Positions 1 to 13,931 are shown, counted from the first letter of the stretch. The stretch: 64,000 nt of DNA from Eledone cirrhosa (GCA_964016885.1 OZ024742.1:339512001-339576000), one strand, 5' to 3'. Numbers and translations are program-made. The notes: a model not told the origin generated them from the letters alone.

Positions 1-976
1 AGCGCGTTGAAGAAGTAAATTTCCAGTCCGCTTATTCTAGAAGTCTTATATATTTATATGTGAGCTGATAGAGTACAGTCTAAGGATTTACAGAAACCCA
101 AGAAGCTAGATTTAACACCTTTCTAGTGGGTCCGGGTATGATTTTACATTCATTTAAATTATTGATTTATTGATATTTTTTATCTGATTGTCCCGAATCT
201 TCTGTTATCGATTTTTTATCGTGCGGTTGATTTTAGACTTGTTCTATGTGTGACGGTATTTTAACGATAGTTATGGCTCTGATTTATCTGAATTATTGAG
301 CCCTCTGCCGCTCATTTCGAATTTTGTTTATCGTGAACTCGTGCGCCGATTTTTCGATACTCGATCATTCTAATATTTTTAGCTCTGGACATAGCTATCC
401 ACCAGTTAATTTTATTGCTCATTTTTTGTCGATTCTATTGAGTGATGAATAGCTCCTGTTTTATTTTAACATGTCTATTGAGCACTTTTATTCGATATGT
501 ATATTTCCACATTTCCTCGAATAGTTTTCGCGGATGTAGAGGTTATCTCTCTTGCCGAATTCCATGTGCGTATTTTGCCTGGGTTTAGCCATCTTATCCG
601 TTCGGACGAAGCTCGTTGAAGAAGTAAATTTCCAGTCCGCTTATTCTAGAAGTCTTATATATTTATATGTGAGCTGATAGAGTACAGTCTAAGGATTTAC
701 AGAAACCCAAGAAGCTAGATTTAACACCTTTCTAGTGGGTCCGGGTATGATTTTACATTCATTTAAATTATTGATTTATTGATATTTTTTATCTGATTGT
801 CCCGAATCTTCTGTTATCGATTTTTTATCGTGCGGTTGATTTTAGACTTGTTCTATGTGTGACGGTATTTTAACGATAGTTATAGCTCTGATTTATCTGA
901 ATTATTGAGCCCTCTGCCGCTCATTTCGAATTTTGTTTATCGTGAACTCGTGCGCCGATTTTTCGATACTCGATCA

Positions 977-983
<7 letters not shown>
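1..983. repeat. Partial tandem duplication, 609-nt period, ending in (TA)n; PLE pLTR-like
   Basis: 1-373 recurs almost exactly at 610-983 and runs into (TA)n; no ORF or clean HHR core seen. Confidence 0.75.
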
Positions 984-1028
<45 letters not shown>

Positions 1029-1261
1029 TACGTATGCATGCATGCATATTTGTATGTATACCACATAAAATCGAACTGACGGCAAAGTTTAAATCATGGG
1101 AGCCCAAAGTTTCTAAACTGAATAAAAGATGTAACTGTTGAGGTTCTAAGAGAGACATGATAGAGCACGTCAGGAAGTGGCGAGACTTTAACACTTTCTC
1201 GGAGAGAGAGAGAGTTAAAAATATAGAACAATAATGTTATGTAATGAATAGTAATATTACT

Positions 1262-2046
1262 AGTCTCTCTCTCACTCCTTACCTCTCTCTCTCTCTTCTT
1301 ACCTCTCTCTCTCCTTACCTTTCTCTCTCTCCTTACCTCTCTCTCTCCTTACCTCTCTCTCTCCTTACCTTTCTCTCTCTCCTTACCTCTCTCTCTCTCA
1401 TTACCTCTCTCTAACTCCTTACCTTTCTCTCTCTCCTTACCTCTCTCTCTCCATACCGCTCTCTCTCTCTTCTTACTTCTCTCTCTCCTTACCTCTATCT
1501 TTCTATACCTCTCTCTCTCTCCTTATCACTCTCTCTCTCATTATCTCTCTCTCTCTCCTTACCTCTCTCTCTCTACTTACCTCTCTCTCTCTCCTTATCT
1601 TTCTCTCTCTCCTTACCTCTCTCTCTCCTTACCTTTCTCTCTCTCCTTACCTCTCTCTCTCCTTACCTCTCTCTCTCCTTACCTTTCTCTATCTCCTTAC
1701 CTCTCTCTCTCTCTCATTACCTCTCTCTCTCCTTACCTCTATCTTTCTATACCTCTCTCTCTCTCCTTATCACTCTCTCTCTCATTATCTCTCTCTCTCC
1801 TTACCTCTCTCTCTCTACTTACCTCTCTCTCTCTCCTTATCTTTCTCTCTCTCCTTACCTCTCTCTCTCCATACTGATCTCTCTCTCTTCTTACCTCTCT
1901 CTCTCCTTACCTCTATCTCTCTATATATATCTCTCTCTCTCCTTATCACTCTCTCTCTCCTTATCTCTCTCTCTCTATTTAGCTCTCTGTCTCCTTACCC
2001 CTCTCTCTCGCCTTACCTTTCTTTCTCTCCTTACCTCTCTCTCACT
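1262..2046. repeat. Polypyrimidine minisatellite, (CCTTACCTCTCTCTCT)n-like
   Basis: Recurrent ccttac followed by (CT)n. Confidence 0.95.
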
Positions 2047-2047
2047 T

Positions 2048-2113
<66 letters not shown>

Positions 2114-2229
2114 TTGTTTTTGTATGCACGTGTGTATTTATGTGTATATATATATATATGCATATCGATAAATAGGTGGGTAGAGAGATTGATATTTATA
2201 ACATATACACATGTATATTTAATGTATGT

Positions 2230-2261
<32 letters not shown>

Positions 2262-2731
2262 TATATATTATATATATATATATAATATATATATATATGC
2301 ATATAATATAGATATGTACATATTTGAAAAAATTTCTTTCAGAAATACATTTAAGAGAAATATAGTAAATTGCTTGATTTAGGTAATTGAGATATTTGTG
2401 AAGGAGTGAATAACATAAACACACACACACACACACATATACACATAAACACAACACATATACACACACACACACATACAAACACACCCTCACACACTCA
2501 CGTATATATATATGTGTGTGTATGTACACACACGCACACATATATACATATACGTAAATGTGTCTACACACACGCACACATATATACATATACGTAAATG
2601 TGTGTACACACACGCACACATATATACATATACGTACACACACGCACACACACTCACACATATATAGATTCACACATTACATCACTAAAGCTAATTATGA
2701 TGCACCCTGTCGAATTCGTATGTTTTTGCCG

Positions 2732-2850
<119 letters not shown>

Positions 2851-3084
2851 GCGTGTGTGTGTGTGTGTCTACCTGTGTATGTATATATGTATGTACCTGT
2901 GTATGTGTATGTGTATGTGTGTGTATGAGTGTTTCCAGCTATAGAAGCTAGCAGAGATATTAACTGTTTCCTAATGTTAATGTATTTTTCATTAGCTTCA
3001 GTTTTCTTACTCTCTAATTAGTGTTTTAGTTCTTCACACATATTTACAATGTTAATAGTCTGTCATACTCATATCAGTATAGTT

Positions 3085-3117
<33 letters not shown>

Positions 3118-3139
3118 CACACACACACACAAACACACA

Positions 3140-3176
<37 letters not shown>

Positions 3177-3238
3177 ATATATATATATGTGTGTACGCAT
3201 ATGTATAAATATATAAAAAATATATGGTTGTCGGTGTC

Positions 3239-3318
<80 letters not shown>

Positions 3319-3359
3319 CATATATATATATACATACATATATCTATATATACATACAT

Positions 3360-3466
<107 letters not shown>

Positions 3467-3497
3467 CATATATATATATAGATACATATATCTATAT

Positions 3498-3583
<86 letters not shown>

Positions 3584-3750
3584 CAAACATATATCTATAT
3601 ATGCATAATATACATTCTATATATCATATATATATATAATACAAACATATATATATATATACATAATATACATTCTATATATCATATATATATGTAATAT
3701 ATGAGATATATATATATACACATATATATATATATCTTATATATATTATA

Positions 3751-3932
3751 TGCTGAATTGGCAGTATCGGTAGAGGGTCAGATATACTTTCCAGCATAGT
3801 TACGTCCCTTTACGATCTGAGTTCAAATCCCGCCGAGGTTAACTTTGTCTTTCATCCTTACGCGGTCGATAAAATAAAGTACCAGTAATGTACTGGGTAA
3901 ATGCTGGCCTTGTGCCGAAAGTAAAAACAATT
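3751..3932 (+). mobile_element. tRNA-derived SINE (cephalopod CORE-type)
   Basis: tggcagtatcggtag A-box-like, gagttcaaatccc B-box, then tttcatcc...gtcgataaaataaagtaccag; related copies at 24119, 46516, 47126. Confidence 0.8.
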
Positions 3933-4147
3933 ATATATAGATATGTATCATATATACACACACATATATGTATATATATGACATGTGTTCACTATATTAA
4001 CATCCAGGTAGTACACACCAGTACATTTTGTCCGGCCTAACCATATATTAATATACATTCATAAAAATATACATGCATATATATACATAATATATACACA
4101 TGCATATATATATATACAGTATGTATATATATATATTTATATATATA

Positions 4148-4710
4148 AGTCAAGAAAGAAGAGTAACATGGTTTGCTATACAATAAGGGCGTTATTCACA
4201 TTGCTGACAATTGCTTCTCTGAACTGGTAGGTCTAGAGATCGCTACCCTCCTGTTTTTGCGTCAATCGATTACCAATACTTTGTTATAACCAGTCAATTC
4301 ATCAGAGCATGCGAAGTGAAGGATATACAGAGGCATGGCTTCTATATATAGTAGTGGCATTAAATCAGAACAATAATAACAATATTCAAATAAATTAGCT
4401 AGATAGTAAATAGTTAAAACAATCACATCAATCTAAGTAAGTAATAGAGTATACTGATGACTTTAGCATGTAAAACGAACTATCTACTGTTCAGAGAAAC
4501 AATTGTCAGCAAACCATGTCACTCTTCTTTCTTGATTTATTATTACTCCAAGTATAAACTACATAGAAATCACCGCGTACTCGCAGCATCACTATGGAAA
4601 CGTCTGGTTGAGTCAAACCTAGCCAAGCGTTAGTACTATCCACTACTAGGAGTACTCTAGCTGGACTACATCTAAGTGGACTACCTGTAACAATAATTTG
4701 TTATCCCGTA
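4148..4710. mobile_element. PLE-type fold-back insertion in (TA)n, HHR-bearing
   Basis: Left part is inverted relative to 4488-4538; tail 4560-4710; homologous to 14520-14832. Confidence 0.7.
4202..4309 (-). ncRNA. Type I hammerhead ribozyme, degenerate (GAAG), long helix II insertion
   Basis: Minus strand: tgct-CTGATGA-attgactgg...ccagttcaga-GAAGC-aatt-GTC-agca. Confidence 0.65.
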
Positions 4711-5334
4711 TATATATATATATATAGATATATATATAGAGAGATCTCATTTTATAACATGTTATCCATGTGCAACCTGCAGTATTCTTCTCCCCATTTT
4801 TTCACATATATTTACCTAAACTGCGATTCTGTTTTTCTCTCTCTCTCTCTTACTGCTCCCTCGTTCTCTCTGTTTCTCTTACTTTCTTTCGTCCCCTCTG
4901 TCATGTCAGTTAACACTTTCTCTCTACTGACCTCTTCCTCACACTTCCACTCACTCACTCACTGTTTCTCCCCTTCTCACTTCCCCCCGTTCGCGACGTT
5001 AACGATTTTCCTTCTTTCTTACATCGGATTCATCTCGAAAGGTCTATTTTCTACTCGCTCATATATTCACCCAGCTTATACTGATAGAATAACTATGTAG
5101 CTTGTGTCTCTTCCTATCTTCGGTTAGCTTTCCTCTGTGTTGTTTACTTGTCTCACTCGCTTTACGCGTTTTAATTGTCCTAATAACTTATTTTAGTTAT
5201 TATTGCGCCAACGTGAGGTATATGATTTTTAATGCAATGAAATACCTATGACCGTTGGTAAATCACTGATGAGGGACTCATTTTATAACATGTTATCCAT
5301 GTGCAACCATGCAGTATTCTTCTCCCCATTTGTT

Positions 5335-5381
<47 letters not shown>

Positions 5382-5586
5382 TCTCCCATGTGTAGAGAAA
5401 AAATGCGTTGTATACCTAACTGCTATTTTTATTAGTGTGGCAGACTACATGTCTATGCTACTCCCGCTTCTACTAACGACCAGTTCACGTGTAGGTCACG
5501 TTTACGGCCCCATTCGATCCTGCACTAGCTGGCTGAAGGCAATATATCTGCCGGCTATGGGACTATATCTCCTATGTAAGGGAAAA

Positions 5587-5667
5587 TGCTTTCTGAAGAG
5601 CCGAACTTTCCATTGGAAGTCCCTTGGATTTCCAATCTTTTGTGAGACGAAACCGTCGGTAAAAGCA
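5587..5667 (+). ncRNA. Type I hammerhead ribozyme
   Basis: tgcttt-CTGAAGA-g...(attggaagtcc/ggatttccaat hairpin)...c-GAAAC-cgtcg-GTA-aaagca; 6-bp helix I; base of helix II imperfect. Confidence 0.75.
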
Positions 5668-5873
5668 ATATGGATAGGTAAATATTTAAATTATATCTTT
5701 TGAATTTATTTTGAAAGATTGTTTGAATTTTTCTTGTTCCGCTCATCTTAATTTTATAGTTCTGGTATGTCAAATTAATACCATTGAACAACAACCGTAT
5801 CGTAGACACCCTATATATTTCCGAAGGTACCTGTGGGGATATTAATCTCATTTTATGTATATATATATATATA

Positions 5874-6281
5874 TATTGGTAAACGGAATAGAAAATGCTG
5901 ACAAATTGTTCACAGTGAAAAATAGTTTAATTAGGAATAAGTGAGAATTAGTAATTGTATTGGTTAGTATTCAGTTTGGGTTTTAAGTTTTACCGGTTGC
6001 GCATTTCTAAATGCTTTTCAAAAATAATTTTGAGATAGAGCGCCCGTGATGTTTGCTCTGATCTGGGCAAACATCACGGACGCTCTATCTCAAAATTATT
6101 TTTGAAAAGCATTTAGAAATGCGCAACCGGTAAAACTTAAAACCCAAACTGAATACTAACCAATACAATTACTAATTTCACTTATTCCTAATTAAACTAT
6201 TTTTCACTGTGAACAATTTGTCAACATTTTCTATTCCGTTTACCAATATATAATAACTTGTGTGTTACACCTCTATTCTTT

Positions 6282-6288
<7 letters not shown>
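5874..6288 (+). mobile_element. PLE-type fold-back insertion (about 185-nt arms, about 38-nt tail) with degenerate U3:A8 HHR at 6099-6135
   Basis: 5874-6058 is inverted at 6063-6248; unpaired tail to 6288; flanked by (TA)n; ttt-TTGAAAA-gcatt..aatgc-GCAAC-cg-GTA-aaa. Confidence 0.8.
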
Positions 6289-6375
<87 letters not shown>

Positions 6376-6479
6376 GGAGATAAACAAAGCGGTTGACTTA
6401 CGAAAGATAGGGAACATTTGAAATTTGAAATATGCTCGTCACAACTGCACATCACCCAAACCAGTAATTGGAGAAGGCT

Positions 6480-7400
6480 GGATTGCTTCTTGTTTAGTTG
6501 AGGGGCCTAGTTTTGGATTAAATTTATGTCTGATGGACATCCTTCAGTGTGTTGGTTGATCTCCCAACGAGTCAGGTTTCCAGAAAAGAATTGTGACGTA
6601 TCATATGCCAGGCTAATGTAAGCCTCCTACACCTTATGATATGAAATAGACGAAGGCGTAATCTGTAGAGCGAATTATTCGCTATATATCCCCAGGATTT
6701 GTCCTGGACTGTCTTCGCAACGGCATTAATTCTCTCTGTGACTGATTTTGTTTGTGTCCATGATTCACATCCGTAGAGGAGAATAACTCAATCGTTGCTT
6801 TGGATAGCCTCATTTTCGTGATCAAAGACACCCACGCTTTTGATAGGGAGTTGCGAGACCCCTATCCCTTACCTATTCTGGTGTCTACCTCGATATCTGT
6901 GTTCATAGATCTGCCAAGGTACAAGAAGTAATCCACTTCCTCAATCTCAGAACCGTTCGGCGCATGCATTTGTTTATGAGGGGATCCTGAAAAGTTCCTG
7001 GGTTTGGGTAAAAGAAAATACAGGAGGATCAGTTAATTATGATTTTATTCAACATATTCCCCTCTCAGATTCACACACTTATTGTAGCGGTCCTACTTCC
7101 CTTGTAAAGGTAACAGCTCTACTCTTTCGCGATACCCTTAAAATCAGGAACTTTTCAGCACACCCTCTTATTTGATGTTGTATTGAGATACACGAATTTT
7201 ATTTTCTCAGCATTCAAGGGGAGTCCAATGGACTGTGCTTCAGCCTCCAGTCTGTGCAGCATTTCCTCAGCTTCTTTTCAGGTGTTTTCCAGGAGAGCTA
7301 TGCCATCTGTGTAAGCCATTTCAGGTAGAACTTCCTCTGTATCTCGGGTATTTTGACGACTTTTCAGCATTATGATTATGATGATGCAATAGCATTACGA
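6480..7400 (-). pseudogene. RTE-clade LINE reverse transcriptase fragment, interrupted by a mariner MITE
   Basis: Minus translation gives AYTDGIALL (decayed YADD), GLPLNAEK, EEVDYFLYLG and ILLYGCESWT, with stops and frameshifts. Confidence 0.85.
6977..7168. mobile_element. Mariner-type MITE inserted in the RTE fragment
   Basis: TA-flanked; TIRs tgagggg..ctgaaaagttcctg / caggaacttttcagcacaccctct; close to 29106-29319. Confidence 0.8.
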
Positions 7401-7544
7401 AGTGCATAATCAAGGCATTCATATCACAAACAGGAAAACAGACAGAGGATCTTCTTGGAGGACTCTGGTATTAACGGAGAATAGGTTTGTGTTTCCCTCG
7501 GGTGTTATCACATATGGTGAAGTATTCTCATATATGACTTTAAT

Positions 7545-7589
<45 letters not shown>

Positions 7590-7605
7590 AAGTATATATA
7601 TATAT

Positions 7606-7775
7606 GAAAAAGTATGACCCCGACGGCTATTTCTGAACACTGAAATAGCCGTCGAAACTGCTTGAGCTCTGCCGTCGGGGTCATACTTTTTCCTATTTCT
7701 CACTCTACTACCCTAAGTATTGAGTACTCTGGTGCGTTATGGTCCATCTGGTTCCTTACCAAAATTCCTTTGTTA
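7606..7775 (+). mobile_element. Family A short fold-back PLE-type element (3' half of HHR plus about 80-nt tail)
   Basis: gaccccgacggc...GAAACtgc-ttgagctct-gccGTC-ggggtc, then tail actctactaccctaagtattgagtactctggtgcg; in (TA)n. Confidence 0.8.
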
Positions 7776-7790
7776 TATATATATATATGT

Positions 7791-7862
7791 GATGTGTTGG
7801 TGTAAATGGTAGCACAGTGGTCCGGATAACCAAAGATGTGGGTTCGACTCTCATGTACGTCT
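7791..7862 (+). tRNA. tRNA-like cloverleaf heading a mobile element (element 7789-8010); probably not a decoding tRNA
   Basis: GATGTGT/GTACGTC acceptor, GTGT/GCAC D-stem, TGGT/ACCA anticodon stem, GTGGG-TTCGACT T-arm; T5 about 10 nt downstream. Confidence 0.7.
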
Positions 7863-8044
7863 ATACTCATCTTTTTCCATTTCTCCGAGGGTTCTTAACC
7901 CCACTACCAGGCTAAATAATTCCTTTAATTTCTTTAGTCAAAATACGGCGATAACTTACATTTCTAATAATTTCAAACCCACTCGCTGTTTAGAAAATAT
8001 TCTTACTTGATATATATATATATATATATAATTTCTCTATTTTC

Positions 8045-8086
<42 letters not shown>

Positions 8087-8088
8087 GA

Positions 8089-8123
<35 letters not shown>

Positions 8124-8144
8124 CACGAATATATATATATATAC

Positions 8145-8193
<49 letters not shown>

Positions 8194-8262
8194 CACATAT
8201 ATATATATATATATACATATATATTTAATATGGAAAGGCTTCTATATATACATACATATATA

Positions 8263-8618
8263 TCAAGTAAGTATGTTTTGAAACAGTGAGCAGGTTTGAA
8301 ATTAGAAAATATATAGCTTTCACCGTATTTCACCGAATTTTAGCCTGATAATGGGGTATAGAACCCTCAGATAAATGGAAAAAGATGAATATTGACGTAC
8401 ATGGGAGTCGAACCCACATCTTTGGTTATCGCGACCACTGTTCTACCATTACACCAACATATCACCCGTGATGTAATGGTAGCACAGAGGTCGCGATAAC
8501 CAAAGACGTGGGTTCGACTCCCATGTACGTCAATACTCATCTTTTTCCATTTATCTGGGGGTTCTAAACCCCATTATCAGGCTAAAATTCCTTTAGTAAA
8601 AAATACGGTGAAAGATAT

Positions 8619-8630
<12 letters not shown>
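8263..8630 (-). mobile_element. tRNA-headed fold-back element: tRNA at 8393-8463 (-), inverted copy 8470-8532 (+), 38-nt tail 8263-8300
   Basis: Arms 8301-8465 and 8468-8630 are inverted; only the minus arm has the tail; flanked by (TA)n. Confidence 0.8.
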
Positions 8631-8655
<25 letters not shown>

Positions 8656-8897
8656 CGTCGAGTGTGTAGCTCGAATTTTCGAACTTATTAAGTGCCTATG
8701 AAATATATAAGATGTGGGAAGCTCGGACAAGAAAATAACTTCAATTAAAGAAGGTTGTAAAAAAATAGCTTTTAAAAATTGGTTAAATACCACATAGAGA
8801 CTGAAAAATGTTGGCAGCGACCGCTATAGACACACACATATATATACTCACATACACAAATATATATATATATATATTACACACACACACACTCTCT

Positions 8898-8981
<84 letters not shown>

Positions 8982-9024
8982 TGTGTATATATATATATAA
9001 ATATATATATATATAAATATGTGT

Positions 9025-9069
<45 letters not shown>

Positions 9070-9074
9070 TGTGT

Positions 9075-9151
<77 letters not shown>

Positions 9152-9256
9152 CACAAACATCCGCATGCGCCTAAACGCAGACTCACTCAAACATTCAAAT
9201 CGATGAGCCCAAGTTGTCAAAATAATGATAATAATAATAATAATAACAACAATATA

Positions 9257-9305
<49 letters not shown>

Positions 9306-9514
9306 TTCGGCCTTCTTATCATATCGATTTTCGAATTTCGCCAGCTTTTGACACATTTATGTGGCGCATTCCCTCCCCTTATTTTGATTTATGTTATTAT
9401 AGGTTATTTTTATTTTATTTGGTTCAATATTATATTAGCCAGTGTATGGGATGGTGGGTAGGGTCTTTACCTCATAATCTCGGGTTCTTATTCTGGCGGC
9501 ACCTTCTGTTATAG

Positions 9515-9727
9515 ATTTATAACACTTTATTTGACATAGATGTAAATTCCCTTAGCTGGCTCCCCAAAGTGCTTATTTTGTCACACACTGCGTCACACTG
9601 AATCTCCCTGAGAACTGCATTATTGTAACATATGTCTGTGCAATGCTCAGCCACTTGCACGTTAATTCCACGAGCAAGCTTTTCTGTTAATCGAACTGCA
9701 ACTATCATCGCCGAAAGCGATGGAAGC
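9515..9727 (+). mobile_element. SINE body of a second family (Nin-domain-like)
   Basis: gtcacactgaatctccctgagaact...ctcagccacttgcacgttaatt; homologous to 18118-18342 (-) and 53040-53155. Confidence 0.7.
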
Positions 9728-9867
9728 TCATATTATATTTTATATTATATTATTTTAGGTTTTTATGTTTTTAATTTTATTTTATTTACTCGTGCTTTTT
9801 AATTCATATTTATATTTTAATATATATCTATATATATATATATATATGTATATGTGTGTGTGTATAA

Positions 9868-10083
<216 letters not shown>

Positions 10084-10153
10084 GCATACTTATACACAGG
10101 CACATACACATATATATATATATAGTCGTTTCTTTATTTCTTTATATTTAGTC

Positions 10154-10189
<36 letters not shown>

Positions 10190-10719
10190 CGTTGTTACTA
10201 TTGTTGTTATTGTTGCTGTATTTGTTATTATTAATTCTAAAGATATTGTTTGTAAAACCGCTCAACAAATACAGAAGGCCTTCGTAACATAATAGCTCCC
10301 TGTTATTATTCGAAGAGAGACAGAAAGGGAACAAAATTGTTAAATTCTATATTGCCAATAATGACAGGTATTGGCTGGGGCGCGGGCGTGCAAAAGGAAG
10401 TATTGGCTTGGTTGGAGGTGGATAGTGTGGTGGGTAGTGGCTGGTTAATTGGTGGAAGGTATTGGTGTGAAAAAGGAGGAGTTGTTTGGTGGTTGGTTGG
10501 TTGTTGGAATGTATTTGTATTGTCCTGAAGGCGGTGGTGGATTGGGTAAGGAGTGATTTGTAGAAAGGACAAAAATCTAACAAAAACAAAGATTTTAGAG
10601 CGACTGGATGGTTTTATTTTCCTTTCTGTCTTAAACTCAACTATACTGACAAATAGTAAGAAGAAACAAAAATATTTAAATAAAAGCCCTCTAACTACGC
10701 ACCACCTTATTTTATCCTC

Positions 10720-11400
10720 TCTTTCTCACGGCTCTTCACTTCACTCTGCTCGTTTCTTCTCTCGTCTCTCTGATCTCCTCTTCTCTCTCTGCTCACCTCT
10801 TCACTCTGCTCTCCTGTTCTCTCACGGCTCTCCCATTCTCACCCTGCTCTCCTCTTCTCTCTTCTCTCTGATCTCATCATCTCTCTTCTCTCTCCACTTC
10901 TCTCTCTGATCTCCTCTTCTCTCTCTGCTCTCGTCTTCTCTCTACTCTTCTCTTCATTCTGTTCTCATCTTATCTCTCTCTGCTCTCCTCTTCTCTCTGC
11001 TCTCCTCTGCTCTCTGATCTCCTCTTCTCTCTCTGATCTCCTCTTCTCTCTCTGATCTCCACTTTTCTCTGCTCTCCTCTTCTCTCTGCACTCCTCTTCT
11101 CTCTTCTCTCTGCTCTCCTCTTCTCTCTGCTCTTCTCTTCTCTCTGCTCATCTCTCTCTGCTCTCCTCTTCTTTCTGCTCTCCTCTACTCTCTACTCTCA
11201 TCTTCTCTCTCTCTGCTCTCCACTTTTCTCTGCTCTCCTCTTCTCTCTCCTTTCCTCTTCTCTCTGATCTCCTCTTCTCTCTCACTTCCCTCTTCTTCTC
11301 CCTCCTTTCCTCTTTCTCTATCCTCTCCTCTTCTCTCTGTTCTCCTCTTCTCTCTCTCTCTGATCTTATCTTTGCTCTCCTCTTCTCTCTGCTCCCCTCT
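10720..11400. repeat. Polypyrimidine (CTCTG/CTCCTCTT) low-complexity array
   Basis: Direct reading. Confidence 0.9.
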
Positions 11401-11459
11401 CATCTCCTCACCATATCACCTCATCCATTCTGCTTCCTTCTCACAGACAAATGACAAAG

Positions 11460-11965
11460 ACAAACAAACAAATATATATACACAAGAAAACACAACAATA
11501 ATAACAACAACACCAACATAAACAGTAAAATATATATACACAAGAAAACACAATAACAATAACAACAAAAACAACAACAACCACAACAACATCAACAACA
11601 ACGATAATAATAACAACAAAAACAACAACCACAACAACGATAACAATAACAACCACAACAACCACAAAAGCAATAACAACAATAAGAACAATAACAACAA
11701 CAAAAATAACAATAACAACAACAACAACAACAATAAAAACAACAACACCAACATCAACAGTAAAATATATATACACAAACACAATAACAATAACAACAAC
11801 AACCACAACAACCACAACAACAATAACAACAACAACACCAACATCAACAGTAAAATATATATACACAAGAAAACACAAACACAATAACAATAACAACAAC
11901 AACAACCACAACAACCACAACAACCACAACAACAATAACAACAACAACATCAACAGTAAAATCAA
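11460..11965. repeat. (AAC)n/(AAT)n array with a recurring cagtaaaatatatatacaca spacer
   Basis: Spacer recurs at about 11470, 11523, 11758 and 11848. Confidence 0.9.
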
Positions 11966-12194
11966 CAGTTACAGCTATGTTGTGCTATTTCATTATTCGC
12001 CCGTTTAGCTTTTCACAAGATTCCACATATTTCTTTTACCTTCTCAACCCATCATATTTATGTGTTTTGCTTTGTTACTAACTTTCTCATTTCTATATTG
12101 TTTTTATGTTGGTATATTTCTCTGAAATTTGGCCGCCATTTTGTTTTTGATATTTTTCTCTTGTCTTTGCTATTTTATATATTTTGTTTGTAAG

Positions 12195-12249
12195 TGCCTG
12201 TGTTAATGTTTGTATGTGTGTGTGTGTATGTGTGTGTGTGTGTGTATGT

Positions 12250-12296
<47 letters not shown>

Positions 12297-13660
12297 TGTG
12301 TGTGTGTGTGTGTGTCCGTGTGTGTGTGTCCGCCTGCGTGTGTGCCTGTGTCTGTAAGTGTTGTTTATAAATGTGTGTGTATAGATAGGTGCCTGTGTAG
12401 ATGTATTTGTATGTGTGTGTGTGTGTGCCCATCTGTGTCTGTGTGTGTGTGTGTCCGTGTGTGTGTGTCCGCCTGCGTGTGTGTCTGTGTCTGTGAGTGT
12501 TGTTTATAAATGTGTGTGTATAGACAGGTGCCTGTGTAGATGTATTTTTATGTGTGTTTGTGTGTGTGTGTCCATGTGTGTCTGCGTGTGTGTCTGTGTG
12601 TGTCCGTGTGTGTGTGTCCGCCTGCGTGTGTGTCTGTGTCTGTGAGTGTTGTTTATAAATGTGTGTGTATAGTTAGGTGCCTGTGTAGATGTATGTGTAT
12701 GTGCGTGTGTATGTGTGTGTGTGTCCGTGTGAGTTCGTGTGTGTGTGTCTGTGTGTGTATAGATACGTATAGATGTGTGTGTTGTTGTTGGGTGTGTATG
12801 TTGTTATCTGTGTATAGGTTGATGTATGTGTATGTGTGTGTATCGATGTGTGTCTACGTTCATATATATGTATGTAGAGATACGTACTGATGTGTGTGCT
12901 GATGTTGTTTGCCAGTGTGTTGATGTGTGTGTTGATATGTATGTGTGCGTTAATGTGTGTGTGCGTATGCATTCAAGAGTGTTGATGTTCGTGTTGCTGT
13001 GTATTTGTGTTTATGTGTATGTGCTTTGGTGTGTATGGATATGTGTGTGTTGATGTGTATATGTGTTGATATGTATGTGTGGTGATGTGTATATGTGTGT
13101 ATGCCTGAGTAGGTGTGTATTTTGATGTGTTTTGGGTTGGCGTGTGTGTGTATGAATCTGTGTGTGTTGATATGTGTGTGTGTGTATACCTGAGTATGTG
13201 TGTATTTTGATGTGTTTAAGGTTAGCGTGTGTGTGTATGAATCTATGTGTGTTGATATGTGTGTGTATACCTGAGTATGTGTGTATTTTGATGTGTTTTG
13301 GGTTGGCGTGTGTGTGTATGAATCTGTGTGTGTTGATATGTGTGTGTGTGTATGCCTAAGTATGTGTGTATTTTGATGTGTTTTGGGTTGGCGTGTGTGT
13401 GTATGAATCTGTGTGTGTTGATATGTGTGTGTGTATACCTGAGTATGTGTCTATTTTGATGTGTTTAGGTTTGGCGTGTGTGTGTATGAATCTGTGTGTG
13501 TTGATATGATTGTGTGTGTATTCCTGAGTATGTGTGTATTTTGATGTGTTTAGGGTTGGCGTGTGTGTGTATGAATCTGTGTGTGTTGATATGTGTGTGT
13601 GTGTATTCCTGAGTATGTGTGTATTTTGATATGTTTAGGGTTGGCGTGTGTGTGTGTTTT
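12195..13660. repeat. GT-rich minisatellites: three about 145-nt units (12320-12700) and seven about 84-nt units (13100-13660)
   Basis: gtccgcctgcg...gtgcctgtgtagatg x3; ctgagtatgtgtgtattttgatgtg...ttggcgtg x7. Confidence 0.9.
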
Positions 13661-13888
13661 CCAAAACTATTGTGTAGATCTTTAAAGTGTTTCAGTCTAT
13701 AGAGTATTATTTATATATAACTAGCAATTCTTCTCTTAACTTCAATGGTTCTTAAAATATTCTTTTATTCTATAAAATGTGCAGCTAAAAGGGAAGGAAA
13801 GAAAGGAAGAAAGGGACTCAGGAATAAAAAGAGTGAAAGAGAAAGAAAAAGAAAAATTCTGATTTTTTGGGCCATATATATGTGTATG

Positions 13889-13931
<43 letters not shown>

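Noticed and set aside
5266-5340. CTGATGA as an intact HHR
   Set aside because: No GAAA/NUH partner here; the tandem copy at about 4815 has only a decayed TAAAC
7791-7862. Functional tRNA gene
   Set aside because: The anticodon loop is non-canonical and differs between copies, and all copies share mobile-element flanks
8344-8380. CTGATAA-hairpin-GATAA as an antisense HHR in the tRNA element
   Set aside because: Several core mismatches, no helix I or III, and not conserved in the copy at about 7885
13100-13660. CRISPR-like or telomeric array
   Set aside because: Whole units repeat with no unique spacers; TTAGGG occurs only singly
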